A DNA stretch of 64,000 nucleotides from Mobula birostris. Its lineage: Eukaryota. Shown piece by piece: positions 13,100 through 26,200 of the stretch. Within the stretch, counting starts at the first letter, position 1; the number at the start of each line of letters is the position of its first letter. The notes under the pieces were generated by a model. It had not been told where the DNA came from. It saw nothing but the letters and a program-made list of their open reading frames with translations, and did no database searches. The translations under genes and the position numbers were made by a program. The stretch is taken from contig NC_092371.1 of the NCBI RefSeq assembly GCF_030028105.1, positions 132,252,766 through 132,316,765 on the forward strand, in the 5' to 3' direction.

Positions 13100-14130
13100 T
13101 TCTGAAAAGGTGCAGTCAGACAGGACAATAGTGATAGGAGACCTGATTAAGAAGGGACGGCAGAGTTTCTGTGGCTGCAGTAGAGATGCCAGGATGGTGT
13201 GTTGCTGCTCAAGTGCCAGGGTCAAGAATATCTCTGACCAGCTGCAAAAAATTCTTAAGGGGAAGGATAAATAGCCAGAAGTCATTGGACGCATTGGTAC
13301 ACACGACACAGGCAGAACAAGGGACAAGGTCCTGCAGAATGACTATAGGAAATTAAGGATGAAATTAAAATGCAGGACTTCCAAGTCACACCTGGTGCGC
13401 CAAGCTAGTGAGTCCAGGAACAAAAAGATAAGCCAGATGAATGCATGGATGAGGGGCAGGTGCAGAGGGCAGGGATTCAGGTTCTTGGATCATTGGGATC
13501 CCTTCCGGGATTTGAAGAAACCTGTTCAAGAGGGATGGGTTGACATGAACCGGAGGGTGACCCATACCCTAGTGGGGAAATTTGCCCCTTGTTACCAAGG
13601 AAGGTTTAAAATAAATTGGCAGCAGGCGGGATTCAAGAGTGAGGTCAGTGAAGTGACAGGGTATGTGCAGCAACTAAAGAGTATAAGCCTAGCAAACAGG
13701 ATAGCTATGCTTACAATAAGTGGCAGACAAGACCTCTGATTCAAATTGCAGATATTTCAATGCACTTAGCTTAACAGGTAGGGGGAGACAAACTGAGCAC
13801 ATAGATTACCTCTAGGGACTAGGGTACTGGGGCCGTAACAGAAATGTGACTGAAAGGCAGATCAATGCTACCAATGCTACAGATGCGACAGAGAAACAGG
13901 TCAGATTGGAGGGGAGTCCCTTTAGATAAGAGAACACATAACAGCAGTGTTTAGAGAGGATATTCTTGAGGAACCATATAATGAGGGTATTTAAGTATAA
14001 CTTGAATATCAGAAGGGAATAATCTATGGACCATCAGTAGATCTATATTATAGTCAATGGGAACTTGAGAAGCAAATGTGTCAAGAAATTGCTTGTAGTT
14101 GTGAAAATAGGAGGGTGCTAAGATTTCAAT
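13100..14130 (+). mobile_element. CR1-like LINE fragment (ORF1 SGNH-esterase region and start of endonuclease), degenerate
   Basis: RTIVIGD, MNAWMRGRCRGQGFRFLDHWD and related CR1 ORF1 motifs. Confidence 0.6.
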
Positions 14131-14159
14131 GTTCAATTCAACTGAACATTCAGCGTGCG

Positions 14160-14642
14160 AAGGGGCCTCAGGTTGGAGGAACAACACCTTACATTCCGTC
14201 TGGGTAGCCTCCAACCTGATGGCATGAACATTGACTTCTCTAACTTCCGTTAATGCCCCACCTCCCCTTCGTACCCCATCCATTATTTATTTATTATTAT
14301 ATTTTTTCTCTCTTTCTCCCTCTGTCCCTCTCACTACACTCCTTGCCCATCCTCTGGGTTTCCCCCTCCCCCTTTCTTTCTCCCTAGGCCTCCCATCCCA
14401 TAATCCTCTCACATCCCTTTTGCCAATCAACTTTCCAGCTCTTAGCTTCATTCCTCCCCCTCCTGTCTTCTTCTATCATTTCTGATCTTTCCCTCCCCCT
14501 CCCACTTTCAAATCTCTTACTAGCTTTTCTTTCAGTTAGTCCTGACGAAGGGTCTCGGCCCGAAACGTCAACTGTACCTCTTCCTGGGGATGCTGCCTGG
14601 CCTGCTGCGTTCACCAGCAACTTTTATGTGTGTTGCTTGAAG
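14160..14642 (+). mobile_element. Penelope-like element 3' end (GIY-YIG C-terminus plus pLTR)
   Basis: Encodes RLEEQHLTFRLGSLQPDGMNIDFSNFR*, followed by a pyrimidine-rich spacer and CTGACGAAGGGTCTCGGCCCGAAACGTC. Confidence 0.8.
14537..14575 (+). ncRNA. Minimal type-I hammerhead ribozyme motif in the Penelope pLTR
   Basis: Core CUGACGA (14542-14548), stem II GGGUC-UC-GGCCC, GAAA (14562-14565), then C-GUC as the putative cleavage triplet. Stem I has one mismatch. Confidence 0.6.
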
Positions 14643-14809
14643 TGGGCAGCATTTATGTGGTGCATCCCAGAGGGCTTCCTCACACAATGTATAGAGAAAC
14701 TTACTCAGAAAGAAGCAATACCAGACTTCTTCGGGAACAAGGCGGGCCAAATAACTGAAACAGCAGCAGGAATACATTTGGTCTGGAGTTAGTCTCGAAA
14801 TAACAACCT

Positions 14810-15915
14810 GCTGAGTGAGAGGGGAAGGAGAGTGCATGATCATCTCTCAGAGGCTGGTGGGTGAACTGTCCTCATTGGGACTCACCCCTCTCTGTAATTG
14901 GATCTTGGATGTTGTGATGAAAGACCCCAGTTGGCAGCAACACCACCAGCTCCATCATACTCACTGGAGTTCCCCAAGGGCCACACGCGCAGCCCGCTGC
15001 CGTTCACGCTGCTGATTCACGACTGCAATGCCAAACCCAACTGAAACTGCATCAAGTTCACTGATGATACAACAGTGGCCAGCCTCATCAGCCTCCAGAG
15101 AGGCTTGTCAAACCTGAAACTCAATGTATACAAAAGAGTTGATTGTGGACTTCAGGAAGGCACAGGTCAACCACACTCCATTGCACATCCATGGCTCTGC
15201 CATGGAGAGTGAAGGGCACATAATTCCTTGGTGTGCACATTATGGAGTCTGATCTGGACACACAACATTTCCTCAATAGTCAAGAAGGCTCAGCAATGTC
15301 TACACCTTCCGAGGAGACTGAGGTGTGCAAGGATTCCTACCCCCATTCTAACAACTTCCTACAGCACCATCGAGAGTGGCCTATCCAACTGCATTGTGTG
15401 GTACAGAAGCTGCAAGGCATCGGAACACAAGACCCTACAGAAGATAGTAAAAAGCTGCCAAGAGGATCACCAGGGTCTCCCTCCCCACTATTTGTGACAT
15501 TTATGGGGAGCATTATAAGAATCCCCACCACCCATCCAACACTCTCTTTGACCCACTAATATCAGGATAAAGGTACAGGTGCATCAGGACCAAGTAAGTC
15601 TACCAGTCTGGGTGACAGCTTCTTCCCTCAAACTATGAGGCTCTAATGAATATTCCACCACCACCACAATCTCATCACTCTGACAGTGAGCCTTTGATTG
15701 TACTGCCTACTTGTGCAACACACTACTTGCAACTGGAATTATATTTAACTTACTGTAGTAACACCTTGTTTTACGTGCTGTGTACGATATATATTTTGTA
15801 GATGCACCATTGTCTAGAGGAACTTTGTTTCTTTTAGTTTGTATTATATATAAACAAACAAAAAAACAAACACACACACACCTGGACAGTCAGGTGACAA
15901 TAAACTTGAGAGTAT
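14810..15915 (+). mobile_element. Rex1/Babar-like LINE RT 3' fragment
   Basis: LCNWILD, KFTDDT and VKKAQQCLH..RRL motifs; degenerate. Confidence 0.65.
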
Positions 15916-16723
15916 TGCACACTGAACCACAACTTGTACCACTGACCACTGCAGTGCACTGGGAAGTCTTGGCACTTCCTCACGTTATGGAATGGAAATT
16001 TGCTAATTTATTTTACCAGCAGTGCAATAGTTAAATGATCTGATTGGTGTCCAGTGGTTTACACTTATAACGCAAACTCAAATCCCACTCCTACCAGCTG
16101 AGGAATTAAATAAACCTGAAATAAACCACCAGCAGCAAACTACAGAATCACAAAATTCTAACTGGTTGTCTGATCCTCCTACGTGAGGAAAATACACCAG
16201 CCTACTTCCAAATGGTAGTCTGGGCTCGCAGCACATGCGGACATTAACAGGATGTGGGTGGCGCTGTCAATGAATGAATAAATCAATTAAAATTCTTGAG
16301 TCTACCCAGATGAAACCAGATTTAGAACTGCATATATGTTTGAAGTTAGAAAACTCCATCAACAACAAATGCATCATTATCTTTGGCAAAGCAATAATCT
16401 GAAGAAAGAGCTGATATTTTAGATATGATAACTAATTATGTTTAGATTACAATAATTATAAGTAATTTACACCTCTGATATGCTTTCAATGAGGTGATAA
16501 AATGTGTCCAAAGGTAGCTCCCGTGGTTTGAAGAGTTCGGCGCTCGCCGACCTCGTTATTCCCAAAACATCCAGGCAGCCAATAAAGTTCAGACTGATGC
16601 TTTGGGTGTCCTGCAGCTGCCAACAGGTCAGCAGTTGGAGCCTAGGACATCTTTTCTGTTCGTGACTTGTTGTTAATTAATTAAAACAGAACCTAAGGGT
16701 TGTTTACAAAACAGGTTACTTAC

Positions 16724-16835
16724 TGCTGCATTCCTCGTCCAGGCAGCGTTTGAAATCGGACAAAAGCTTCTGCCCAGAGCTGACGGCAGCGACAAGCAGC
16801 GCCCATAGACACATCTCCTTCAGCACTGCAGCCAT
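16724..16835 (-). CDS. MIA3: MIA3/TANGO1 coding exon 1 (signal peptide and start of the MIA SH3-like domain)
   Basis: ATG at 16835 gives MAAVLKEMCLWALLVAAVSSGQKLLSDFKRCLDEECS, then a phase-1 GTAAGT donor. It has a hydrophobic signal peptide, the MIA-family SDFKRCxDEECS motif and a CpG-rich context. Confidence 0.9.
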
Positions 16836-16985
16836 GTTGCGCGGCGCTGGATGACGGCGCAAGCGCTCTGACCGCCGCGACACGTCAGCAGCAGAGCGGA
16901 GCCGGGCCGGCCCGGACAAGAGGGGAGTGCGGTTAGCTTGGGGGTGGGGGGAGTGAATTCGTGGAGGGGCCGTTTCGGATAAGGG
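16836..16985 (-). promoter_or_regulatory. MIA3 5' UTR and proximal promoter (small CpG-rich region, GC boxes, TGACGTG motif)
   Basis: Local CpG enrichment just upstream of the ATG. TGACGTGTC lies on the minus strand at 16879-16887. Confidence 0.6.
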
Positions 16986-17699
16986 ACAGTAAAAATAGGG
17001 AAGGAGGCTGAAAGAGAGTGGGGGTAGAGGTGTATGTATCCATAAAAGGGAAGAAAGGGAGAGACAGAGGAAGAGTGAAAAGTAGATTCCCGAAATCCCC
17101 AAGAACACTGAAATTTACTCAGTGAGAATGAGCAAAGCAGCTAACTATAACTTCTGGAGCCATTGTTTAACAGTAAACCTTAGTGAAATAGTTAATATGC
17201 ATAATTAGTTCGTCCCTCCACACTGTGGCTTCAATATGTAACATCTTTAAGATGCATTACAGTTACCCATCAGAGGCTCTAACCCCTACTGGCTGGGAGA
17301 AGGGCAGAAAGTACCCACGGGTTTCCAACGCAGTTACACCCCCATCCAGCCTTGGAAATAAGTTACTTATCTTTCATCATCGATGTATCAAAATCCTGGA
17401 ACTCCCTACACTGTGCATTATCTTCACCGCACAAACATCAGAGTTCGGTGTTGCACCTCAGTAGCTCCCTCTCCAGGACAATTAGTGATAAGTATTAGTT
17501 GCCAGCATTGTAGCAATCCAAGAATACTTTATAAAGATTAACATGCAGACTAATTAGGTTCTGTGATTCTGGAAAGCAAACAATATTGTGGAAAAGCAAT
17601 GCTCATTTGTAATTGATTTATTATTGTCACACGTGTGGAAAGCTTCTGTTTTTCCATGGTATCTAGACAGATCACTCCATACAGAAGTATCTGGAGTTG

Positions 17700-19565
17700 G
17701 GAGCTGGGATATAAAGATAGCTAGAGCGACAAGCAGTGTTGTGGAAGCAGGTGTCTGCAGAAGGACTTAGAGAGACTCAGGGAATGGGCAAAGAAGTGGA
17801 TATGGAATATTGTATATTAGGAAATAAAGGCATTAACCTTTATATTATGTATACAACATTCCATCTGCAAAAAGGTGCAAGAAGATGCAGAAGCCCTCAA
17901 GCAGGATTCCCTATTGTTTAACTTGCAGGTTGAGTCAGTGGTGAGAAAGGCAACTGCAATGTTAGCATTCATTTCAAGAGGACTAGAATACCAAAGGAAG
18001 GATGTAATGCTGAGGCTTCATAAGGGACTAGTCAATCCACACGCGGTAGTATTGACAGCAGTTTTGACTTTATTACTTACATCCTTCAAATACATGAGTA
18101 ATAAACTTTACATCTCCATTACATCACTGTGCAATTATAGTAATTTATAATAAATAGTGTACAACAGGATAGTTAATATAACATAGAAATACAGTTGCAT
18201 CAACATGAAATAAGCAGTCTGATGGCCTGGTGGAAGAAGCTGTCCCAGAGTCTACTGGTCTTGACTTTTATGCTGTGGTATCATTTCCCACATGGTAGTA
18301 GCCAGAACAGTTTATGGTTGGGGTGACTCGGGTCCCCAACGATCCTTTGTGCCCTTTTCACACACCTGTCTTTGTAAATGTCCTGTATAGTGGGAAGTTC
18401 ATATCTACAGATGCACTGGGCTGTCCACATCACTCTCTGCAAAGTCCTGCGATGAAGGAAGTACAGTTCCTATGCCAGGCAGTATGCAGCCAGTCAGGAT
18501 GCTCTCAATAATGTCCCTATAGAAAGTTCTTAGAATTGGGGGGGGGGGGGGCATATCAAACTTCTTCAGCTGTCTGAGGTAAAAGCGGTGCTGTTGTGCC
18601 TTTTTCACCACACAGCCGGTATATACAGATCAGGAGATCCTCGGTGATGTTTATGCCAAGGAACTTAAAGCTGTTCATCCTCTCAACCCCAGATCCAGTG
18701 ATGTCAATAGGCCTGTCTCCATTCCTCCTGTAGTCCACAACCAGCTCCTGTTTTTGCAACATTGAGGGAGAGGTTGTTTTCTTAACACCATTGTGTCAGG
18801 GTGACTTCCTCTCTGTAGGCTGCCTCATTTTTATTTGAGATTAGGCCAATCAATGTGGTGTTGTCAGCAAATTTAATTAGCAGATTGGACCTGTGGATGG
18901 TGACAGTCATAGGTATACAGAGAGTAAAGGAGGGGGCTTAGTACACAGCTGTGTTGAGGGTCAGAGGTGAGGGAGCCCACTCTTACCACCTACCAGCGAT
19001 CTGACAGGAAGTTCAGGATCCAGCTACACAAGGCAAGGTGAAGGCTGAGGTCTCTGAGTTTCTTGTCGCACCTGGAGGAAATTATGGTGCTGAGTGCTGA
19101 ACCCTTATCTAAAAGGTGTGCTGGCACTGGAGAGGATCCAGGAGGTTCACAAGAATGGTCAGGAGTGAAAGGAAGTTGAGGGCTCCAACCCTGTACTTGC
19201 TGAAGTTTAGAAAAATGAGGGGAGGATCTCATTGAAACCTATCAAATATTGAAAAGGGTAGACAGAGTGGATATGGAGAGGATATTTCCTATAATGGGAG
19301 GGTCAAGGATCAGAGGGCACAGCCTCCAAACTGAGGGACATCCATTTAGAAAGGGGATGAAAAAAAAAGACTTCTTTAGCCAGAAGGTGGCGTATCTATG
19401 GAATTCATTGTCAGAGAGCTGTGCAAGCTAAGTCATTGAGTATATTTAAGGTAGTGGTTGATAGGTTCTTGAGAAATCAGGGCATCAAAAGTTACAGAGA
19501 GAAGCAGGTGAATGGGGTTGAGAGGGATAATAAATCAGCCATGATGGAATAGCAGAGCAAACTCC
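17700..19565 (+). mobile_element. CR1 LINE 3' part, split by a nested Rex1-like LINE
   Basis: LQVESVVRKATAMLAFISRGLEY at about 17920. The CR1 sequence resumes at about 19102 (PYLK..VLALERI) and runs to the CR1 3' end. Confidence 0.7.
18065..19101 (-). mobile_element. Rex1/Babar-like LINE fragment nested in CR1
   Basis: VKKAQQHRFYLRQLKKF, ELVVDYRR, SFKFLGINIT and LCSWILNFL motifs on the minus strand. Confidence 0.7.
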
Positions 19566-19932
19566 TTTAATAGTGCAACATATTTACAAACACAAATTAC
19601 AATACTTTGGAAAAAATTATCAGATCTGAAGAAATGTCATCAACCTGAAAGAAGTTGGTTCTTCTCTTGCAGATGTTGCTGATTTACTCCATTTTGTTTT
19701 ATTTATGATTGAATTTATAGTCCATTATATCTGTTATCCGCGCTATTGTCCCTGACATTCAGCTTTATATGTATTAACCCACTATTTCATGGGACAGAGG
19801 TCATCGTTGAAGCAAGTCAATGATGCTCATTTCTGACAGATATAATTGGTACCAAAAAGAGACCACTATTCCCACTGCCATCAGGTCCAAGCACAGCCCA
19901 GACCCAGTTGAACCAGTCCAACCACATTAAGC

Positions 19933-20051
19933 TCAGTCCATTTGTACCGTGTCCAGTTCATTCAAAAATCTTCTACACTTTGTTATCAGGACTTTCAAGG
20001 CTTCAGACACAAGCACTTCCGGTGGAAGAATTCCCGTTGATTCCACTGAAA
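19933..20051 (-). CDS. POLR1C: POLR1C exon 9 (last coding exon, TGA at 19933-19935)
   Basis: (F)[38 protein letters not shown] with an AAG acceptor. The nine exons sum to 1044 nt in frame. Confidence 0.93.
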
Positions 20052-21870
20052 CTTTAAAGGTACAGAAGCTTAGCGGACAGCACACAAAATCTTGGGAAAA
20101 AAAACCGCAAGGACAATTACTGTTTTTAATAGGATAACTCATCACTCAAAGCCCAAGGATCAAGCTTGCCAAAATCTTTCTAGGACCTTGCACGTTCTCT
20201 GTGAATAAACATGACAGATGCAAGAGAAAGACACCATTACAGAACTCCTTTATCTAATGGACAATATTCAGCTATACGATCAATCAAATTCCCTCTGTCT
20301 CATCAGGCATTCTATAAAACTTTTAGTCACCAAGTTTGTTTGATACATAGCCCAGTGTCTCCCATATAGGAAAATCAAAATAAAATGTGTAAATGTCAGA
20401 ATTCTGAAATTAAAAACACAAAATGTTGAAACAAATTTAAGGTTACAGGTTAAAGATTAGGTGCAGGAAAGAATGGGCAGGATAAAGGAAATATTTGTGA
20501 TGAGATAAAGCCAAGGGATAAGCTGAAGAGGTCATCCAACAACCTTGGATGTTGTTTACACCCACTCTCTCTCAGCTCTGACCAAAGGTCTTCTACCCCA
20601 AGTATCTAGTCCAGATGAAGGATCTTGACCTGAAACGTCAACTGTCTATTTCCCTCTTCAGAGGCTGTCTAACCTGCTGTGTTCTTCCAGCAGCTTGTTT
20701 TTTCTCCCACTTTAAGTAGCTGCAGGTTTGTGCCTCTGTCTACCTCAGGCATTATTGCTCTTTCCCCAGATACTACTCAAATAAAATATGTCCATAATTT
20801 TCTGTCCCTTATGACTACTGGTGGAATAATGATCTTGCAAAACACCTTGCGAAACATTACTACTTGAGAGTTAAAATGCAATTTGTCCTGATGACCAAGA
20901 TCTAGCTGTATCTTTCTCCACAGCATTTTGTTTATTTTACAGTCTTCTAGCACTGGAGATGGTTTGGAAAGGATAGGAGTTGTGGACAGTAGCCAGTGAG
21001 CACAGACCAACAGTTGTCCAGAGATTGGAGTGCCCAGCATCAATCCAGTTGTCTGCACTGTGGGGAGGGAGTTCAGGCATGTCCCTGTTCTGTATACCCG
21101 AGGCAGCCAGTTGCAGTTGTAGAAGAGTATTACAAATATGTCTACCAAAGGGTGCCAATGGAGGAAACAGTTTCTGTGTGGGCTATAGGGACATATTGAG
21201 GAGACAGCGACAAGGGTGAAGGAAGTAATACCTGAGAATCTGCAACATGCTGTGTAATTGTTAATATAAGATAGGATAATTCAGCTGTATTGCAAGTGCA
21301 GGCTGTAACCTCCCAAACCATTAACAGAAAATGTTGGATATGTGCCCATTACCCCACCACTGCTGCCTCCTCTGAACTCTTCCGTGAACTGGATGAGGTT
21401 CAGCCAAAACTACACTGACTGGCAGCTCCAACACATCAGCCCTAAGTAATTCTGAGTTTGCGGTAACAATATCTGTAAAATCCTACCCTAGGATTGAGCA
21501 GGTACATGTACTACAGGAATAACTGATCCTGAAGCTGACTAGGTAAAAATTTATGCACATGCTCTTCACCATTATTACCCCAAGAGTCACCATAAGCAGG
21601 AGGTAGAGAATCCCTTTGCCTTATGGAACACCGGGTTTCACCAGTTCACCTGAGCCCATTTACCTCATTTGGACATGGCAGAGTTGTAGAGCGCTGTGAT
21701 TAATATTTCAGCCACCATAGAAAAGGTAGAAAACGGGTGGACTTCCGGGTCATCAAGGGAATGGCGGCGTAAGGAAAAGGTCTCTCGACAAAAAAGAAGG
21801 TAAACTGCCCCAAAATCGAATTTAGACAAATACTTAATATTGCATAACTATATTAATAAAAGGGGCAAGG

Positions 21871-22856
21871 ATGATGTCTAAGAACAAGATTAAAAAGTCC
21901 GCTCCGAAGGCTGATAAACATAAAGAGACACAGCAAGGCGACGGGCATAGCTCCCCACTGCAAGCCAGGACGGAGATAATGAGGGGGAATCGGTGACTCT
22001 GTCTTTGATTCTCGGAGAGATTCGCGAGTTCCGACAAGATAACAGCAAACAGCTGGAAGATATTAAAGGAGAAATAGTGAAAACTAACTCGCGGATAGAT
22101 GAAGCCGAAGCGAGGATTGTTGGAATTGAAGAGAAGCTACAAAACGCAGAGGAGGTGATAGCAGAAATGCTGAAGCTGCAAGACCAGCTCCAGTGGAAAC
22201 TAATAGATCAAGAAGGCCGCTTGAGAAGGGAAAATGTGAGGATTTACGGAGTTCTCGAAGGAACTGAAGGTAAACCTGGATTGATGATTCCCTTCGTGGA
22301 GAAGCTGCTTAGAGAGAACCTTGATATACCGGCCGCGAAAGACCTACAGATAGAAAGGGCTCACCGTGCGTTGACACCACAGCCTCCGGCAGGCGCCCAG
22401 CCCAGATCGATTCTGGTCAGATTTCTCAGTTACAGAACGAAGGAAGAGGTGCTTAAAAGGGCATGGCAAAAGAAAGGTTTCATGTGGAACAACTGTAAAA
22501 TCAGTTTAGACCACGACTACGCACCGGAGATTCTTACCAGATGGAAGGAATATACGGAAACACGGAGAGTCCTGAAGGAAAACAACATCAGATTTCAGAC
22601 CCTTTATCCAGCTCGGCTGAGAGTCTTTTACGACGAAGGGACAAAAACTTACGCTACGGTGGAGGAGGCAACGCCAGACCTGGCGGACCGGGGACTACCT
22701 ATTAAAGTTATCACCCAACCGGAGTCGCTACTGGAGAGGATTCGGCAGAAGTCGTGGCAGTTAGTGGGGCGAGGACGCTCCACACGAACCAGAGTGTCAA
22801 ACTACAAGGAAAAGCTGCAAATATTCAGATGTGAATGTACAGAGAACACAGATTAA
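21871..22856 (+). pseudogene. L1 ORF1p (coiled coil, RRM, CTD) with one frameshift near 21955
   Basis: RRENVRIYGV, IERAHR and LYPARLRV motifs. The upstream ATG at 21871 is out of frame with the 21993-22856 ORF. Confidence 0.85.
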
Positions 22857-23207
22857 TTAAGAGAAATGACTGAAAAGAGTAAATCGGACTTAAAGGTAAA
22901 ATGAAAACTGGTAACTGAAAATAAACTAGGCGGAATAACTTGAATTTGGTTGAGACATAAATAGGAGAAAATTCTCTATGATTATTCAAACTGTTGAGGG
23001 CCCTCTAATACAGGGTGAAGATAGAGGTTATCCCTCTGAACTGAGGCAGGTCGGTGCTCAGGCCTCACTGTGGGAAGTCGGGAAAAATTTTCAAATGTTA
23101 CACGTTCAAAAATGTCTAGGGTGTGGTTATATGTCTTGATTTACTGTTGAGAAGGGATTGCTTACTGTTTGGTTAGAAAAGGAGAGTTTTTTTTCTACTA
23201 GAGAAAA

Positions 23208-26200
23208 ATGCAAACTGAATTGGTAAAAATAATTTCCTATAATGTTAATGGGGTTTTGAATCCAATTAAAAGAAATAAGATTATGTCTAAATTGAAAAAA
23301 GAGAGGGCACAAATAGCTTTCCTCCAGGAAACACAAATGAGCCAATCTGAACATGGAAAATTAAAAAGAATGGGCTTTAAGCATATATTTTATTCATCAT
23401 ATAAATTGAGTCACAAAAGAGGGGTAGCTACTTTAATGTCAAGTACTCTTAATTATGAACATATTTCAGAGACGAGAGACAAAGAAGGACGGTTCGTAAA
23501 AATCACAGGAAGAATAGAAGGTACAGAAATAACAATGCTGAATGTTTATGCTCCTCCAGGTTGTGAATGGTCATTTTATAGACACATTTTTGACCTAATG
23601 GTCAGTTCTCAAGGGGTAGTAATTTGTGGAGGGGATTTTAATATTAGATTAAATCCTATATTAGATTCTTCAAGAATAGTTACTCAGAATAAACCTCTGA
23701 CTCGGAAAGTGAATTCATTGATGGAGGAGTTGGGAATTATAGATGTCTGGAGGGAATTACACCCTACTAGTAAAGATTATACATATTACTCTTTTCCTCA
23801 TTCAGCCTATTCAAGGATAGACTAATTCTTTATCTTTAATACAGATAGACTCAGGATAAAAAACTGTAATATTGCAACAATTGATCTGTCGGATCATAGC
23901 CCAGTCTCTATGTCTCTAATCCTGGAAAGGAAAATGAGGAAAACACTATGGAGGCTAAACTCACATATACTCAATAACCCAAAAGTAATGGAGAGATTAA
24001 GGGGAGAAATCAATGACTATATAGACCTTAATGACATGGGAGAAACATCACCAGTGATCTTATGGGATACATTGAAAGCTGTACTGAGAGGGAAAATTAT
24101 TTCCATTACCACTCACATGAAAAAAATCAATGCACAAAAATTAGCAGACCTTCAAGGAAAATTAAAACAACTTCAAGTTGTAGATAGCAACAAAAGTAAT
24201 TCAAATCGAAAACAGGAAATTAGGAAATTGCAAAGTGAAATTGACGATATTTATACGTTAGAAACTCAAAGAAATTTTCTTTACCTGAGACAAAAGAATT
24301 ATGAAGTAGGAGGTAAGTCAGCTAGATTATTAGCATATAAATTATGAAAACAACAAGCAGACAATACAATTCATAAAATAAAGAATCCAAAGACAAAGCT
24401 TGTGGAGAGTACAATAGGGAAATTTCAAGAGAGTTTTGAAACATATTATCGAGAGCTGTACTCCCAACCCCGGGCCCCCAATGAGCCCTATATAGACAGT
24501 GTACTGAATTTTTTAGATCTACCTAAACTTACAGATTTACAAAATGAAAGTTTATTAGAACCAGTAACTGTCAAAGAACTGAACGTGGCCATCTCTAGGT
24601 TAAAGGCTGGAAAGTCCTGGGTTCTGATGGGTTTACCTCAGAGTGGTACAAGTCCCTGAAGACACAGTTAGCCCTATTACTACTTAACACCTTTAATTGG
24701 ATCTTGCAGAGAGGAGAAACTCCACCTTCCTGCAGAGAAGCGATTATTTCAGTTATTCTTGAAGAGGGGAAAGATAAACTAGAATGTGGCAATTATCGGC
24801 CAATTAGTGTTCTTAATTTAGATTACAAACTATTTACATCTATATTAGCGCGCAGATTGGAAAAGCTTTTACCTGGCCTAATCCACTTAGACCAGACTGG
24901 ATTTATTCAACAAAGACAAACACAGGACAACATAAGGAGAACTCTGCACATATTAGAACAGGTTAATAAGAACGAGACAGAGACAATGGTAGTAGGATTG
25001 GACGCTGAGAAAGCTTTTGATTCGGTTAGTTGGGCATTCCTATACAGAGTGTTAGGAAGATTCGGCTTTCAAGAAAAGTTTATTAAAGTAATTCAGACTC
25101 TATATGACAGCCCTACAGCCCGAATTAAGATAAATGGGGACCTCTCTGACTCCTTCATCTTAGAGAGAGGCACTAGACAGGGATGCCCAATTTCTCCTCT
25201 CCTTTTTGCGCTATATATTGAACCGCTTGCCCAACTAATAAGACAGAGCGAAATCGTAAAAGGTATCAAGGTGGCAGGGATTGAACAGAAAGTGGCGTTA
25301 TTCGCAGATGATGTTTTGGTCTATCTGAGTGAACCAGAAAAATCATTTATAGGATTGTTTACACTGTTGGATGACTTTGGGAAAATATCAGGTTATAAAA
25401 TAAATGTAAAGAAAACGCAGGTTATGTCCCTAAATTATACACCATCCAAAAAATTGCAGGATACATACGATCTTAAGTGGGAAGCTAAATCATTAAAATA
25501 TTTAGGAATAACCCTGCCGAAGGATCTTTCAACACTGTCACAGGTAAATTATGGGCCATTAATCTCAGAGATAAAAGCAGATATGCATAGATGGAATCTT
25601 ATCCCCTTTTTAAGTTTAAATTCAAGGATAAATACTATAAAAATGAATATTCTTCCTCGGTTATTGTACCTTTTCCGTACTTTACCAGTGGAGGTGGATG
25701 ATAATCAATTCAGGGAATGGGACAAATGGATTTCCCGCTTCATTTGGCAAGGAAAGAAACCTAGAATTCGATATAACACCTTACAGTTAGGGAAGGAAGG
25801 AGGAGGTATGGTTCTTCCTCGCCTGAGAAATTATTTTTATGCCTCACACATAACCCCTCTGTTATATTGGCGTAATAGGGAATATAAGGCTAGATGGAAG
25901 GAAATAGAATTTGGATTAGTTGACAGTTTTCCTCTACAGGCCTCAATAGCTGACAAAGGATTGATGGCCCAGTTGGAAAAATTTAAAAACAGTTGGATAA
26001 ATCTTACATTAAAAGTATGGCAGAAGGTGGTTAATTCATGTGGAATTAATAACATGTTAAAACTCTTTAGATGGTATGCATATGATACCAAATTCCTTCC
26101 CAACAGAGGAGATAAAAGATTTGAGCTATGTATAAAGAAAGGTCTTACAACCTACCTCTCATTTATAGATAAAAGAGTATTACAAAGTTTCCAAATCCTG

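Noticed and set aside
4847-16835. Assignment to MIA2, OTOR or MIA
   Set aside because: The residue pattern DEECSMLMCRG and YVYYKL fits MIA3 best. The large downstream exons are outside the window, so some uncertainty remains.
16716-17108. 130-aa ORF as an N-terminally extended MIA3
   Set aside because: It begins at a non-ATG codon and runs through promoter sequence. The ATG at 16835 directly precedes the signal peptide.
19695-19770. POLR1C poly(A) signal (AATAAA at about 19698-19703 or TATAAA at about 19764-19769, minus strand)
   Set aside because: I cannot choose between the candidates without 3'-end data, and one lies in a repeat remnant.
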